This document shows, one piece after another, positions 26,457 to 35,555 of a stretch of 35,555 nt of DNA. This DNA is from Deltaproteobacteria bacterium. GTDB taxonomy: Bacteria; Myxococcota_A; UBA9160; SMWR01. The stretch is from NCBI GenBank assembly GCA_032128375.1, contig JAQBGU010000212.1:1-35555 (forward strand). The letters are read 5' to 3'. The position numbers and the translations under genes are program-made. The notes beneath the pieces are model-generated. The model was not told the origin of the DNA, ran no database searches, and saw only the letters and a list, made by a program, of their open reading frames with translations. How positions within the stretch are numbered: the stretch's first letter is position 1; each line of letters opens with the position of its first letter.

Positions 26457-27649
26457 TCAAGCCGCTTGCAACCGGCGATAGGCCGTATCGCCCTCGAGGG
26501 CCGCCACCTCTCGGCCGAGCTGATGTGCTGCGATCACGGCGTCGAGCAGGCGTTCGTGTGTCACTTCAAAGGGCATGTTCTGCGTGAGCGATGAGCCGAT
26601 GGCCACTTCGACGACGCTGGCGAGTGCGGCGCGCCGATCGGGCGCCAGCGAAATTTGTTCGAGGTTCACGGGCAAGCCGACTGAACAAAAGAAGCGCGCG
26701 GCTCGGCGCGCCTCGTCGGAGTTGCCCTCCGCGACCAACTGGGTGAGCAGTCCCATGGCCACCATCTCGCCGTGCAGATGGTTGTCGTGAACCACAGAAA
26801 CCGCCGGGTAGCCCTGCGCGATAGCGTGCGCGATGGCGAGCCCGCCGCTTTCGAAGCCCACGCCGCTCAGTAGGGTATTGGCCTCGACCACGCGCTCTAG
26901 CGCGGCGTCCACTTGATTTTCGACGACGGCACTCGAGGCCGCGGTTCCCCAGGTGTAGAGAGTATTGGCGCACGCTTCAGCCAACGCACTGGCTGCCAAC
27001 GTGGGTCGCGCTCCAATCACGGTTCTGGCGTTTTGATTCTCCAAGCACACCTTGGCTTCATAGTAGGTGGCCATTGCGTCCCCCATACCAGCAACCAGAT
27101 AGCGCTCCGGCGCCTGGGCGACGACGCCCGTGTCCACCACCACCAGGGCGGGATTGTTCGGGAAGAACTCCAGACCCGAGCTGACCCCTTCGGGGGTGTA
27201 GAGAACCGACACCGCGGAACATGGCGCGTCGTTCGACGCCAGGGTCGGCACCACGACGAGCGGCACACCCAGTCGATAGGCGATGCACTTGCCGGCATCC
27301 ACGCACTTGCCGCCGCCGACTGCGAGCAGGCAGTCCACGCTGCGCGATTCTTCGCGCAAGGCCGCAGTCTGCAAATCCACTTCTTCGATCGAGCACTCGC
27401 CGTTGAACGTCACCACCAGCGGGTCGATTCCAACACTTTCGAGGCTCGCCAACAGCCGCTTCCCTTCGCTTTGCTGACCACGGCGAGAAATCAAAATGGC
27501 GGCACGCTGAGCTCTCAACAGTGACTGTTGCGACCGGTTTCGTCCAGCCCCCCTTCACCCTGAATGTACCGCTGCGGCGCGATCATCACGCGGGGCGTTT
27601 GGGTGGATGCAAACAACCCATGGGGAAAATACGGAATGGGGTTGGTCAT
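26457..27649 (-). pseudogene. gldA: Glycerol dehydrogenase, frameshifted near the 5' end
   Basis: ATG 27649 (GGGAG RBS) gives PRVMIAPQRYIQGEG then stops at 27515; the -1 frame continues with GGGKCVDAGK, PTLASNDAPCSA, GDAMATYYE, GFESGGLAIAHA, HGEMVA. Confidence 0.85.
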
Positions 27650-27810
27650 GAGTGCCGCTCCCGCAGTTTTGGTGCGTCCAGAATTTCCTGGCTACCGCGA
27701 GGCAGAATGACATGAATGGGACGGGCCCACCACGCAGGCTGCGGCCAACGCTACGCGATCGGCATCTGCGCAGTGGGGCCTCGCCCGACCGCACACTCTC
27801 CGAGCTGGGA

Positions 27811-28989
27811 CTACTCGTTGGCGAGCAGTCCGCCAGGCTGCCGCACATTCGGAACGCTCGCACGCAGCGGGGTCTTGCTGCGCCCGGTACCGAGCAGAAT
27901 GGCCGCCGAAATTGCGATCAGTCCGGCGGGCAGCACGGAGATCAGTACGCGCAGCGCTTGGGCTACCTCCGGTGCTTGTAGCACCCCGGGCTGGATTCCG
28001 ATCACACCGAGCGCCATGCCCGTGAGACCCACGGCTGCGCCCGCCGCGGACTTCTCCACCAGGTTCATCACCGCAAAATAGCTGCCCTCGCGGCGCTGAC
28101 CGGTCCTGTGCGAATCAGCGGCCACCAGATCCGCCTGAACGGCGGGTGCGAGCGTACGAGAACCGGCCTGCAGCGCACCTAACATCGTGGCGACCCCCAT
28201 CACGTAGAGCTGGTCGCCGGGTCCCGCGAGGTAGAGGAGGCAGAAAGTCACGCCACTGATCGCGTTGCACGCCGCCCAGGTCGGCTTCTTCCCGTGGCGC
28301 CGTGCGGCGCGTGTCCACAATGGAATCGTCAGCAGCATCGGAGCGATCACGCAGGCGAGGTAGGTCGCAGTCTCGCCGGGAGTCTCGAGCAGATGATCGC
28401 TCGCGTAGGGGATGAGAACCAGCAGCGACGCCCAGGCGATCTCTTGGGTAAAAAGCGTCGCGAGGATGATCCGCGCCTCGGCAATGCGAAACACCGCAGC
28501 GAAGGCATTGTGCGATTTCTCCCGGGATCGTTGCCGGGAATGTTGGCGGGTTGTGGGCTGCGGGCGGCTCGGCTCTGCGATCGCCAACGTCCCCGCAACC
28601 ACGAGCGCGCTGCCAACGATACCCAGTACCAGACCGATCCAACCCGCATCGGTCGCATGAGTCTCCATTGCGCGCAGAGCAACGAGCGCGAGCAGCATCC
28701 CGGCAATGTCTCCGGCGAGCCGCGCACCAAACAGCCGGGTGCGCTCCTCGGGCGTGCGGCCGAGTTCCGCGGCCAATGCGGCATGTGGAATGCGCAGCGT
28801 GGTCTGAGCCGTATAGAACAACAGCACAGACACCGTCAGCCAGGCGAATTTTTCTGCGGCCGAAAGGAAAGGTTGTGCCCACAGCCCCGCTGAGGAAAGA
28901 CACAGGGGTAGCGCGGACGCGAGCATCCAGGCGCGCCGCCGTCCGAATGCGATCCGCGTACGGTCCGAGAGCACACCCGCTATCGGGTC
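27811..28989 (-). pseudogene. GPH-family MFS transporter lacking its N-terminus
   Basis: Similarity starts abruptly at DPIAGVLSDRT..GRRR (end of TM2); PHAALAAEL..ERT and QADLVAAD..RREGSYF present; upstream bases belong to another gene. Confidence 0.8.
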
Positions 28990-30053
28990 TTGAGCCCACG
29001 CAGTACGAATCGCTGAAAGTTTGGAAGCCGCGCGAGTTCTCCGAGTAGCGACGCCAACGGGTGTCCGCGGCGCAGCTCGACGTCGCGATAGGTCCCCAAC
29101 ATGAGAATCGCCGTATCCGCCAGCTCGCGTGCGGCGAAGCGCAACAGCAGCAGCGACGGGGTGTCGGCCCAGTGCAGATCGTCGAGCACGATGACCCGTG
29201 GGCCGCGTCGCGCCGCTTCGCGCAAGGCCTGGCAGATGCGATAGAACAGCAAGAAGCGAGCGTTCTCTCCCGCAGCGGCCAATGCGCTGTCGGGGCTCGT
29301 TCCGGGTGTCAGAATCTCTTCCGCTGCATCACCGAGTTCCGCCACGATCGCGTCGCCCTCGCGTTCGCGGGCCAGCGCGCGAAGTACCTGCAACCATGGC
29401 CAATAGGCCGGCGCCCCCTCCCCCTCGATGCAGTGACCCACGAAAACCGAAGCGCCGCGTTGTCGCGCCACGGCCGCCACTTCGTCACTGGTGCGCGTCT
29501 TACCGATCCCCGGCTCACCCACCAGCAGGCAAAGCCTCCCCTTCCCCGCGACGGCATCGGCGAGGGCCGAGCGCAGGCTGACGATGATGCGATCGCGGCC
29601 GACAAAGGGCTCCTCGGGTGGAGCTGGGTTGGGTTGAGAAACGGCCCTGGCAACTGCGACTTCCGCGAGTCTGCCTGCGTCTTCGAACGCCGACACGCCG
29701 ACTTCCCGGGTCTGCGCGACGAATCGATACCCGCGCCCATGAAGGGTCTGGATCACCGCCTGTCGACTGCGCGTGTCGCCGAGCATCTTGCGGGCCGCCG
29801 CCACGCAGCGTGGGAGAACGGCGTCACCGACGTGCTCGTCCGGCCAAAGAGTGTCGAGCAGCTCGGTCTTCGACATCACACGATCTCGATTGACGACCAA
29901 CAGCACCAGAAAGTCGAAGACCTTGGGCTCGACTCTCACCTGCGTGCCGGCGTGCGACAATCGAAAGTTTTCGCTGTCGAGAGTCCACGAGCCGGCGTCG
30001 CCGTCAGCCGAATCAGGGCTTTCAAACTCGTACGCGATCGGGCGGCCTCGCAT
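28980..30053 (-). pseudogene. Winged-helix (OmpR/CadC-type) plus AAA/STAND ATPase regulator, C-terminally truncated
   Basis: EPKVFDFL..VMSKTELLDTLW..IQTLHGRGYRF; FVGRD, GEPGIGKT (Walker A), IVLDDLHWAD (Walker B); ends at LRGLKTR* within the ATPase module. Confidence 0.8.
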
Positions 30054-30150
30054 GGAAGCGGAAAAGGGACGCTCTGTGGTGAGACTCTAGGGCGAAACTC
30101 TTCGAGATTCTTCACCAACCATCACCGATCGATGACACACGTCCAGATCT

Positions 30151-31563
30151 CTAGATTTCGATCTCGCGCCACGCTCCGGACCGAAACCGCCAGATCAGGC
30201 ATCCCGACAAGATCGCGATATAGATGAGCCCGCCTATCCAGGCCCACGTCAGGCCGCCGTCCAGAACGAAACCGAATCCCCACGCCAGCGGAAGAAAGAC
30301 GCCCCACGAGAGGGCGAAGCGGGCGAGAAACGGCCAGCGCGTGTCTCCGGCACCACGCAGTGCACCGTCGGCTACGATCGCCAAGGCATCGAAGAGCTGA
30401 AAGGCCGCCCCAACCTGCAGCAGTGCGACACCCAGGAGGATCACCTCCGGGTCGTCGGTGAACAGCGATAGCAGCGGTCGCGACGCGAAAGTGAACAACA
30501 GCGCCACCCCGGCACCGAGCCACGCAGCCAGAACCACTCCCGATCGGAAGCTGCGTTCCGCGTGCTCGAGTTCCTTGGCACCGATGTACTGCCCGACCAT
30601 CGTCGAGACTGCCATCGATATGCCGATCGCCTGCATGAACGAAATCGAGAGCAAGATGACAAAGGCCTGACTCGCCGCCATCGAGACATCACCTAGCCGG
30701 GCGACACCCGTCGAGAAAGCCGCGAACGACGTCATTTCGAGGCACCACTGGCCGCCGATCGGCATACCTGTGCGAAGCACTCGGCTCACGGCGCGGAGCG
30801 CGGGTCGAGCGGGCCGGGTGGCATAGCGCGCGTTTGTGCTCGCCCGAAGAAACCAGACGAGCATGACGCCCATATAGACCCATTCCGCTATCGAGGTCGC
30901 GATACCGGCGCCCTTCACGCCCAGCTCCGGCAGCCCGAGTTCACCGAAGATGAGCCCGTAATCGAGTACGGCGTTTACCCCGTTGGCGACGAGCGTCGCG
31001 TAAAGCGGTGTGCGGGTATCGCCCAGGCCGCGGAAGAAGGACGCGAGCGCTACGGCGGTGCACAGGCCGACACCCCCCAACGCTCTAACGCTGACGTAGT
31101 CCACGACCAGTGGCTTCATGCTCTGTGACGGTCGCAGCCAGTCCATCAGGGGCTCGGCTGCGAAAAACAGCATCACCGAGGCGATGGCTGCCAGCGGCAC
31201 CGTGGCGTAGACACCCTGCCAAGACCAGTAGCCGCATTCGCGGTACTCCGCGGCACCGTAGTGTTGCGACACGAAGGTCTGTATCGCGCTCGTGACGCCG
31301 ATGAAAAAACACATGAAGGTCCACAACCAGATGCCACCGAAGCCGACCGCGCCGAGTTCGGTGGCGCCGAGAGTCCCGACCATGACGGAATCCACGGTCT
31401 GCATCGCAGTGATGGACATCTGGGTAAGGGCTACGGGTGCGCCAAGCATCACCACCTCGCGAATCCCTCCGCGCTGACTCGGCGGGATCGCGGGGCGCTG
31501 GTAGGCCTTGTTCTCTTTAGCGCCCTCGATCTTGGGGTGGTGTTCTCGGGTGGAGCTACTCAT
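30151..31563 (-). CDS. MATE-family efflux transporter
   Basis: VDSVMVGTLG, FFRGLGDTRTP, NAVLDYGLIFG..LPELGVKGAGIAT, GALRGAGDTRWP. Confidence 0.95.
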   Translation of the reverse strand: MSSSTREHHPKIEGAKENKAYQRPAIPPSQRGGIREVVMLGAPVALTQMSITAMQTVDSVMVGTLGATELGAVGFGGIWLWTFMCFFIGVTSAIQTFVSQHYGAAEYRECGYWSWQGVYATVPLAAIASVMLFFAAEPLMDWLRPSQSMKPLVVDYVSVRALGGVGLCTAVALASFFRGLGDTRTPLYATLVANGVNAVLDYGLIFGELGLPELGVKGAGIATSIAEWVYMGVMLVWFLRASTNARYATRPARPALRAVSRVLRTGMPIGGQWCLEMTSFAAFSTGVARLGDVSMAASQAFVILLSISFMQAIGISMAVSTMVGQYIGAKELEHAERSFRSGVVLAAWLGAGVALLFTFASRPLLSLFTDDPEVILLGVALLQVGAAFQLFDALAIVADGALRGAGDTRWPFLARFALSWGVFLPLAWGFGFVLDGGLTWAWIGGLIYIAILSGCLIWRFRSGAWREIEI

Positions 31564-31806
31564 GGATCCGGTCTCCAACGCCGCGCGTGAGAGCGAGGCG
31601 GCAGAAAAGTTCGACTATCCAGTCGCGAGCGGTCGCGGCGGACGAGAGTCCGTCTGCTGGCAAGGGGTCTGGCCGCAGGGGGTCTGCCGACGAAGTTCGG
31701 CCGACAAGCGATCTGCACGCAGGCCACCCGTCAGCAGATGTCCGCTGGGCTGGGCGGCGCTGCCTCTCCGCGCGGACGCGGGGTGGCTGGATCGCTCTCT
31801 AGTGCT

Positions 31807-31917
31807 TCATGAAGAGTGGATCCGGCGGGGCGCAGTGCGTACCGACAGCATCGTGAAGTGGGCCCCAAGGGCCTCGCGAACTTCGTGCCAACCGATGTGT
31901 GTAGTCAGACCGTTCAT
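31807..31917 (-). CDS. Candidate 36-aa small ORF
   Basis: GGAGG 7 nt before ATG 31917; MNGLTTHIGWHEVREALGAHFTMLSVRTAPRRIHSS*; no recognisable family. Confidence 0.3.
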   Translation of the reverse strand: MNGLTTHIGWHEVREALGAHFTMLSVRTAPRRIHSS

Positions 31918-32001
31918 ACGTGCGCCTCCGGCAGCGGGTTTACCACGCGCAGGACCGGACGTCAATTCGAGAAACTGCTGCTGGCGGCAGCTTCTTGCAA
32001 C

Positions 32002-32709
32002 TCAAGCGGACGCGCGCTCGATTGCCGCGCGGACCAAAGCATCGGCGCCTCCCACGATGGGAGGACCGTGTCCCGTGACCAGATTTTCAAACGACAGATC
32101 CATCAAGCCGGAAAGGGTCTCGCGCAAACGCGCTCCAGAGACTTTTTGGAAGCGTCTCCACATAGGGGGAACGACGACTCCGCCTTTGAACCCCATGAGT
32201 GACGTCACGATGCGACCGAGAAAGGATGCTCGATCGGCGTCTGCGCAATTCTGAATTGCATCGCAGGTGACCAGCGTACCGGCACCGTTCGGAACCAGAT
32301 ATGCGCCCTCACGCCACCCCCCCGTATCGCCAAAATCCACGACGACACCACCCGCGATGGGGCCCTGTGTGCCAAGTGAGCGGTCGGCGTCGAGGTTTTC
32401 CAGTGAAGCTCCGGGGAGTGACCAGAGAGCGGGTTTGCTGCGATCGGCGTAGAACGGTTCGTCGATCGAGTGCGAATCGCTCAGCTTGACCAGATGTTTC
32501 ACCGTCCCCAGCGCGTCGAGCTCCGCCAGCCCCGACTCCGATAGGCGAACCGCATTGAACACAATGAGCCCGTCGCCTGAGTCCACGACCGTCATCGCTC
32601 GTCCAATGGTCACACCAGGGCCCATCCTGAATGAACCGCGTACACAGTGGACGCCATCGGCTACCGGCACCAGTGATCCGTGAGCAAGGGGAACCGTGAA
32701 GTCAGTCAT
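32002..32709 (-). CDS. Hypothetical metallo-beta-lactamase-fold protein (DUF4336-like)
   Basis: MTVV..LIVFNAVRL..LDALGTVKHLV..H..D, TCDAIQN, LVTGHG. Confidence 0.7.
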   Translation of the reverse strand: MTDFTVPLAHGSLVPVADGVHCVRGSFRMGPGVTIGRAMTVVDSGDGLIVFNAVRLSESGLAELDALGTVKHLVKLSDSHSIDEPFYADRSKPALWSLPGASLENLDADRSLGTQGPIAGGVVVDFGDTGGWREGAYLVPNGAGTLVTCDAIQNCADADRASFLGRIVTSLMGFKGGVVVPPMWRRFQKVSGARLRETLSGLMDLSFENLVTGHGPPIVGGADALVRAAIERASA

Positions 32710-32782
32710 GTCACCTTGTATGACCATTGAACGCCAAGCACGCAAGGATTATTCGCACCACACGCGGGGTGGGCTCGCGGTT

Positions 32783-33727
32783 CTAGCGCTCTCGCTGCTT
32801 GCGGTAGCTCAGAAGACGGTCGGTAATTTCGAACCCCACCGACAAATAGGCACCGATCGCCGCGGGGTTGTCGAACCCGGTCCGGACGACCGCTCGCAGC
32901 ATTCCAGCCTCTTGCATCAGCTCGAGTCCGCGTGTGAGCACCGCCTTGGCCAGGCCGCGCCGCTGCATCTGCTTGCGGGTACCGACCGGTTCGAACTCGC
33001 CGATTTTGTTGTGGTGATCAAAGAAGGGGTCGGCGAAGGCCAGGACTGTTCCACCCGCTTGCGTCGCAATCACACTCGAGGGTCGCTTTGGGCGACCATA
33101 TCCGAGCTGACGGGGAAGGGTTCGCGTCATCCAGGCTTCGACTTCGGGGCGGGGTTGGCCCGCGAGAAATGCGTCGGTCTGGGCGTCACCACGCTCGAAG
33201 ACCTGAGCGGGATCGTCGGGATCCAAGCTGCCGACTGTGCAACCAGAGGGATCCGGCACCACCGCAACGACTCTCTCGAGCGACCGGCACATATACACCT
33301 CATCGAAGCCATCCGGCGTGTAGCCACGATCCGCCAGCAGCCTGGCGCTGGGGAGGTCGCTCTGATAGACCACGGTTCGCCAGCTTGGGTGCGCGGACAA
33401 CAGATCCATAGCGGCGTCGGCCTGTTCGATGATCGCGATCGACACTGATTCGTGTCGATAGTCTGGCGCGGCGATGTAATACCACTCGCCTGTCCCGAGC
33501 CGGAGTTGCGAAACCGCCTGAACCCCGCCCTGCCCATCCCGCCAGAGTTGAACAACCGGTGCGTGGTTCAGAAACTCGAACGAGTTTACGTAGGCTGACT
33601 TGAGCGAAGTCCCAAACGTCCACAGCGTATCGCCCGCGAACTGTCGTTCGGGCTGAAAGAAGGCGTGCAGTTCATCGACGTCGGGGTCGCCACGGAATGC
33701 GGTCGCTATCAGGGGATTGTGTTGCAC
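32783..33727 (-). CDS. GNAT-family N-acetyltransferase
   Basis: GEFEPVGT..QRRGLAKA acetyl-CoA motif, NPAAIGAYLSVGF; GTG start approximate. Confidence 0.9.
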   Translation of the reverse strand: MQHNPLIATAFRGDPDVDELHAFFQPERQFAGDTLWTFGTSLKSAYVNSFEFLNHAPVVQLWRDGQGGVQAVSQLRLGTGEWYYIAAPDYRHESVSIAIIEQADAAMDLLSAHPSWRTVVYQSDLPSARLLADRGYTPDGFDEVYMCRSLERVVAVVPDPSGCTVGSLDPDDPAQVFERGDAQTDAFLAGQPRPEVEAWMTRTLPRQLGYGRPKRPSSVIATQAGGTVLAFADPFFDHHNKIGEFEPVGTRKQMQRRGLAKAVLTRGLELMQEAGMLRAVVRTGFDNPAAIGAYLSVGFEITDRLLSYRKQRER

Positions 33728-34015
33728 TGGTGGATAGCGCCTTCCATTTTGAGAGCGATTCGATAGCCGCTCGCGAACCACTCGAGGGCACCTCGAGATG
33801 CGTCTGGCTTGGAGAGCCCCTTTCAGCCCACGAATTTCAGGGTCGCCCGCAATCGGTGCGCGCGCCACCGAAAGGATCGATCATTCCTGCGGATTCGAAG
33901 CCACGCCAGCTTGCATCAGACGATCAGGCCATTGATGGAATGGCGCGCCGCGGACCCAGCCACGGTGACAGCGCAGCCAGAGTGCTGATCCCGGTGTTTC
34001 GACTATTCTCTGTCC

Positions 34016-34795
34016 ATGCCGCTGACTGCCGACGACCGCGGTCGATATCAACGCGACGGCTACATTCTTTTCCGCGCGCTCATCGACACGGACACTCTGC
34101 AACGAATCGACACCCGCTTTCGAGACCTGGTAACCGGTGCGGTGCCCACGCCCGAACACCTCGTGGTGATGAAGGACGTGGCATTCGTGAAGGGCGACAG
34201 CGAGCCGAAGAGTTCGCTTCACGCGGTCAACAAGATTCTGAGTTTCGAAAACGACCCTGTGCTCTGGTCGTTTGCAACCGACACGCGCGTGCTCGAGATC
34301 GCACGAGAGCTGGTGGGCCCAGAACTCAATACGCTGTCGACGAATCTATTCAACAAGCCACCGGGAGTGGATGGCCGCCACCCACTGCACCAGGATCTGC
34401 GCTACTTCGCGCTACGGCCAGCGGACGGGATCGTGGGAACGTGGACGGCCATGGGACACTGCACGCGCGAAAACGGATGCCTCGCGGTGATTCCTGGCAG
34501 CCATCGCGGAGAACTCGCCGAGCACGACCACCCGAATTGGGAGCCCGTGAACTTCGGGTTCTTCGCCGCACAGGGCGTCGACATAACAGCCCGGGTACAT
34601 ATCGAGATGGGCCCGGGTGACACGCTTTTCTTCCACCCGCTGTTGGTACACGGGAGTGGTCGCAATCGAAGCGCCGATTTCCGCCGCTCGATCTCGGTCC
34701 ACTACGCCTCGGTCGCGTGCCGGCGGCCGGAGAGCCTGACTGGAAAACGTTCGGCCACCCGACGCATCCCGGCGACGATCAAGCGAATCCCTTAG
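34016..34795 (+). CDS. Phytanoyl-CoA dioxygenase (PhyH) family Fe(II)/2-oxoglutarate enzyme
   Basis: NKPP, HQD, ENGCLAVIPGSH, GDTLFFHPLLVHGSGRN..R. Confidence 0.94.
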   Translation: MPLTADDRGRYQRDGYILFRALIDTDTLQRIDTRFRDLVTGAVPTPEHLVVMKDVAFVKGDSEPKSSLHAVNKILSFENDPVLWSFATDTRVLEIARELVGPELNTLSTNLFNKPPGVDGRHPLHQDLRYFALRPADGIVGTWTAMGHCTRENGCLAVIPGSHRGELAEHDHPNWEPVNFGFFAAQGVDITARVHIEMGPGDTLFFHPLLVHGSGRNRSADFRRSISVHYASVACRRPESLTGKRSATRRIPATIKRIP

Positions 34796-35030
34796 CTTCA
34801 GCGTCCGTCGGGCGCCTGCGGCGTAAACGGCGACAACCACGGCTCCGGATCGGCGAGCCCTTGTGGTCGGCGAAGTACAAGTAGTAGGCACCTGGCGGGC
34901 TCGGCACCCACGAAGGAACGCGGATCAGAGACGGCCCATTGATGTTGTCGTGGTGCTCCGCACTCGGAAGCTGCCCACGGGTCGGGATGATCGGTGCGTC
35001 GATCAACGGATGCACGCGAATCTGGCGCAT
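34779..35030 (-). pseudogene. N-terminal remnant of a five-bladed beta-propeller glycoside-hydrolase-like protein
   Basis: GGAG RBS, ATG 35030; NINGPSLIRVPSWV..GAYYLYFADHKGS.IR, then an unrelated Arg-rich tail and stop after 83 aa. Confidence 0.65.
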
Positions 35031-35052
35031 CTTCGATCTCTCCAGGCGGATC

Positions 35053-35555
35053 TCAGCGCCCAGGCTGGCGGCAGAACTCCGCGATACTCCGAGCCGTGTC
35101 GCGACTGATCTCGGGACAAGCGATCGGAAAGATCTCCGTGCCATGCATCGTGCCCATGACCTGACGGCAGCGGGCCTCGACACCCTCCCGAAGCAGCAGC
35201 CGGTAGAAGCCGATCCCCTCGTCGCGCAGCGGGTCGCACTCGTTCACACTGATCACAGTCGGCGGCAGCCCGTGGACGTCCTCGCCCTTCGCGAAGCCGG
35301 GCCACGCCAGCGGATTGCGCTTTTCGAGTTCCTCGATTCCATAGGCCATCGCACCCTGGTTGTTGTGTAGATCCAGCAGGATGCCGTTGTTTTCAATCGA
35401 AGACGGGTTTTCCTCGAGGGGCCAGATTCCGGCGATGTAGGGGCATAGTGCATAGAGCCCCTGGATCAGGTCGAGCTTTGCTTCGCGTTTCAGCCGCATG
35501 CCGGTTGCGAGCGTGAGGTTCCCCCCGCCGCTCTCGCCGGCGACGATGATCCGCG
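35053..35555 (-). CDS. Alpha/beta hydrolase (HSL-family esterase), C-terminal part (5' end outside window)
   Basis: IVAGESGGGNL nucleophile elbow, CDPLRDEG, GTMHG. Confidence 0.93.
   Translation of the reverse strand, partial: RIIVAGESGGGNLTLATGMRLKREAKLDLIQGLYALCPYIAGIWPLEENPSSIENNGILLDLHNNQGAMAYGIEELEKRNPLAWPGFAKGEDVHGLPPTVISVNECDPLRDEGIGFYRLLLREGVEARCRQVMGTMHGTEIFPIACPEISRDTARSIAEFCRQPGR

Noticed and set aside
31700..31809. Selenocysteine readthrough of the small ORF TGA
   Set aside because: No redox motif context, and the downstream reading looks non-coding
1..35555. Many long antisense or alternate-frame ORFs (e.g. 12015-13235, 29061-30227, 8986-9699, 33697-34620)
   Set aside because: They shadow well-supported genes and are Arg/Pro/Ala-rich without motifs, as expected from high GC and codon bias
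1..35555. CRISPR array, tRNA/rRNA, transposase, integrase, prophage or recognisable defence system
   Set aside because: No regularly spaced repeat-spacer units, cloverleaf or hallmark proteins seen by eye

Overview
GC-rich bacterial chromosomal window of about 40 genes, mostly lipid/steroid-type catabolism, hydrolases, transporters and regulators. An outer-membrane beta-barrel and an IPTL-CTERM-like sorting signal imply a diderm host; a Myxococcota/Binatia-like lineage is only a guess. I found no tRNA, rRNA, CRISPR array, transposase or integrase. Main blocks: (i) DEAD-box helicase tail, MenA/UbiA prenyltransferase, DUF1971, tag, YaiI, Rieske protein, carboxylesterase; (ii) a minus-strand putative metal-handling module (OmpR-type regulator and kinase, a promoter with 11-bp-spaced direct repeats and a 16-bp 5' hairpin, a His/Cys/Pro-rich DUF2946-like upstream ORF, a CxxC/His-rich beta-barrel, a TlpA), which is the best candidate for an undescribed system; (iii) an igr-like cluster (ChsH2-N, two acyl-CoA dehydrogenases, ChsH1) without DUF35/Ltp2, followed by a flavin oxidoreductase, an uncharacterised ferritin-like protein and an NADPH alkene reductase, plus a second ChsH2-N/ChsH1 pair; (iv) a repeat surface protein behind a sigma54-type promoter and a split serine hydrolase; (v) three gene lesions in the last 9 kb (frameshifted glycerol dehydrogenase, a junction joining a truncated wHTH-AAA regulator to a decapitated MFS transporter, and a glycoside-hydrolase-like remnant), which may be real decay or assembly artefacts. 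All family calls are from motif recognition by eye; no searches were run.
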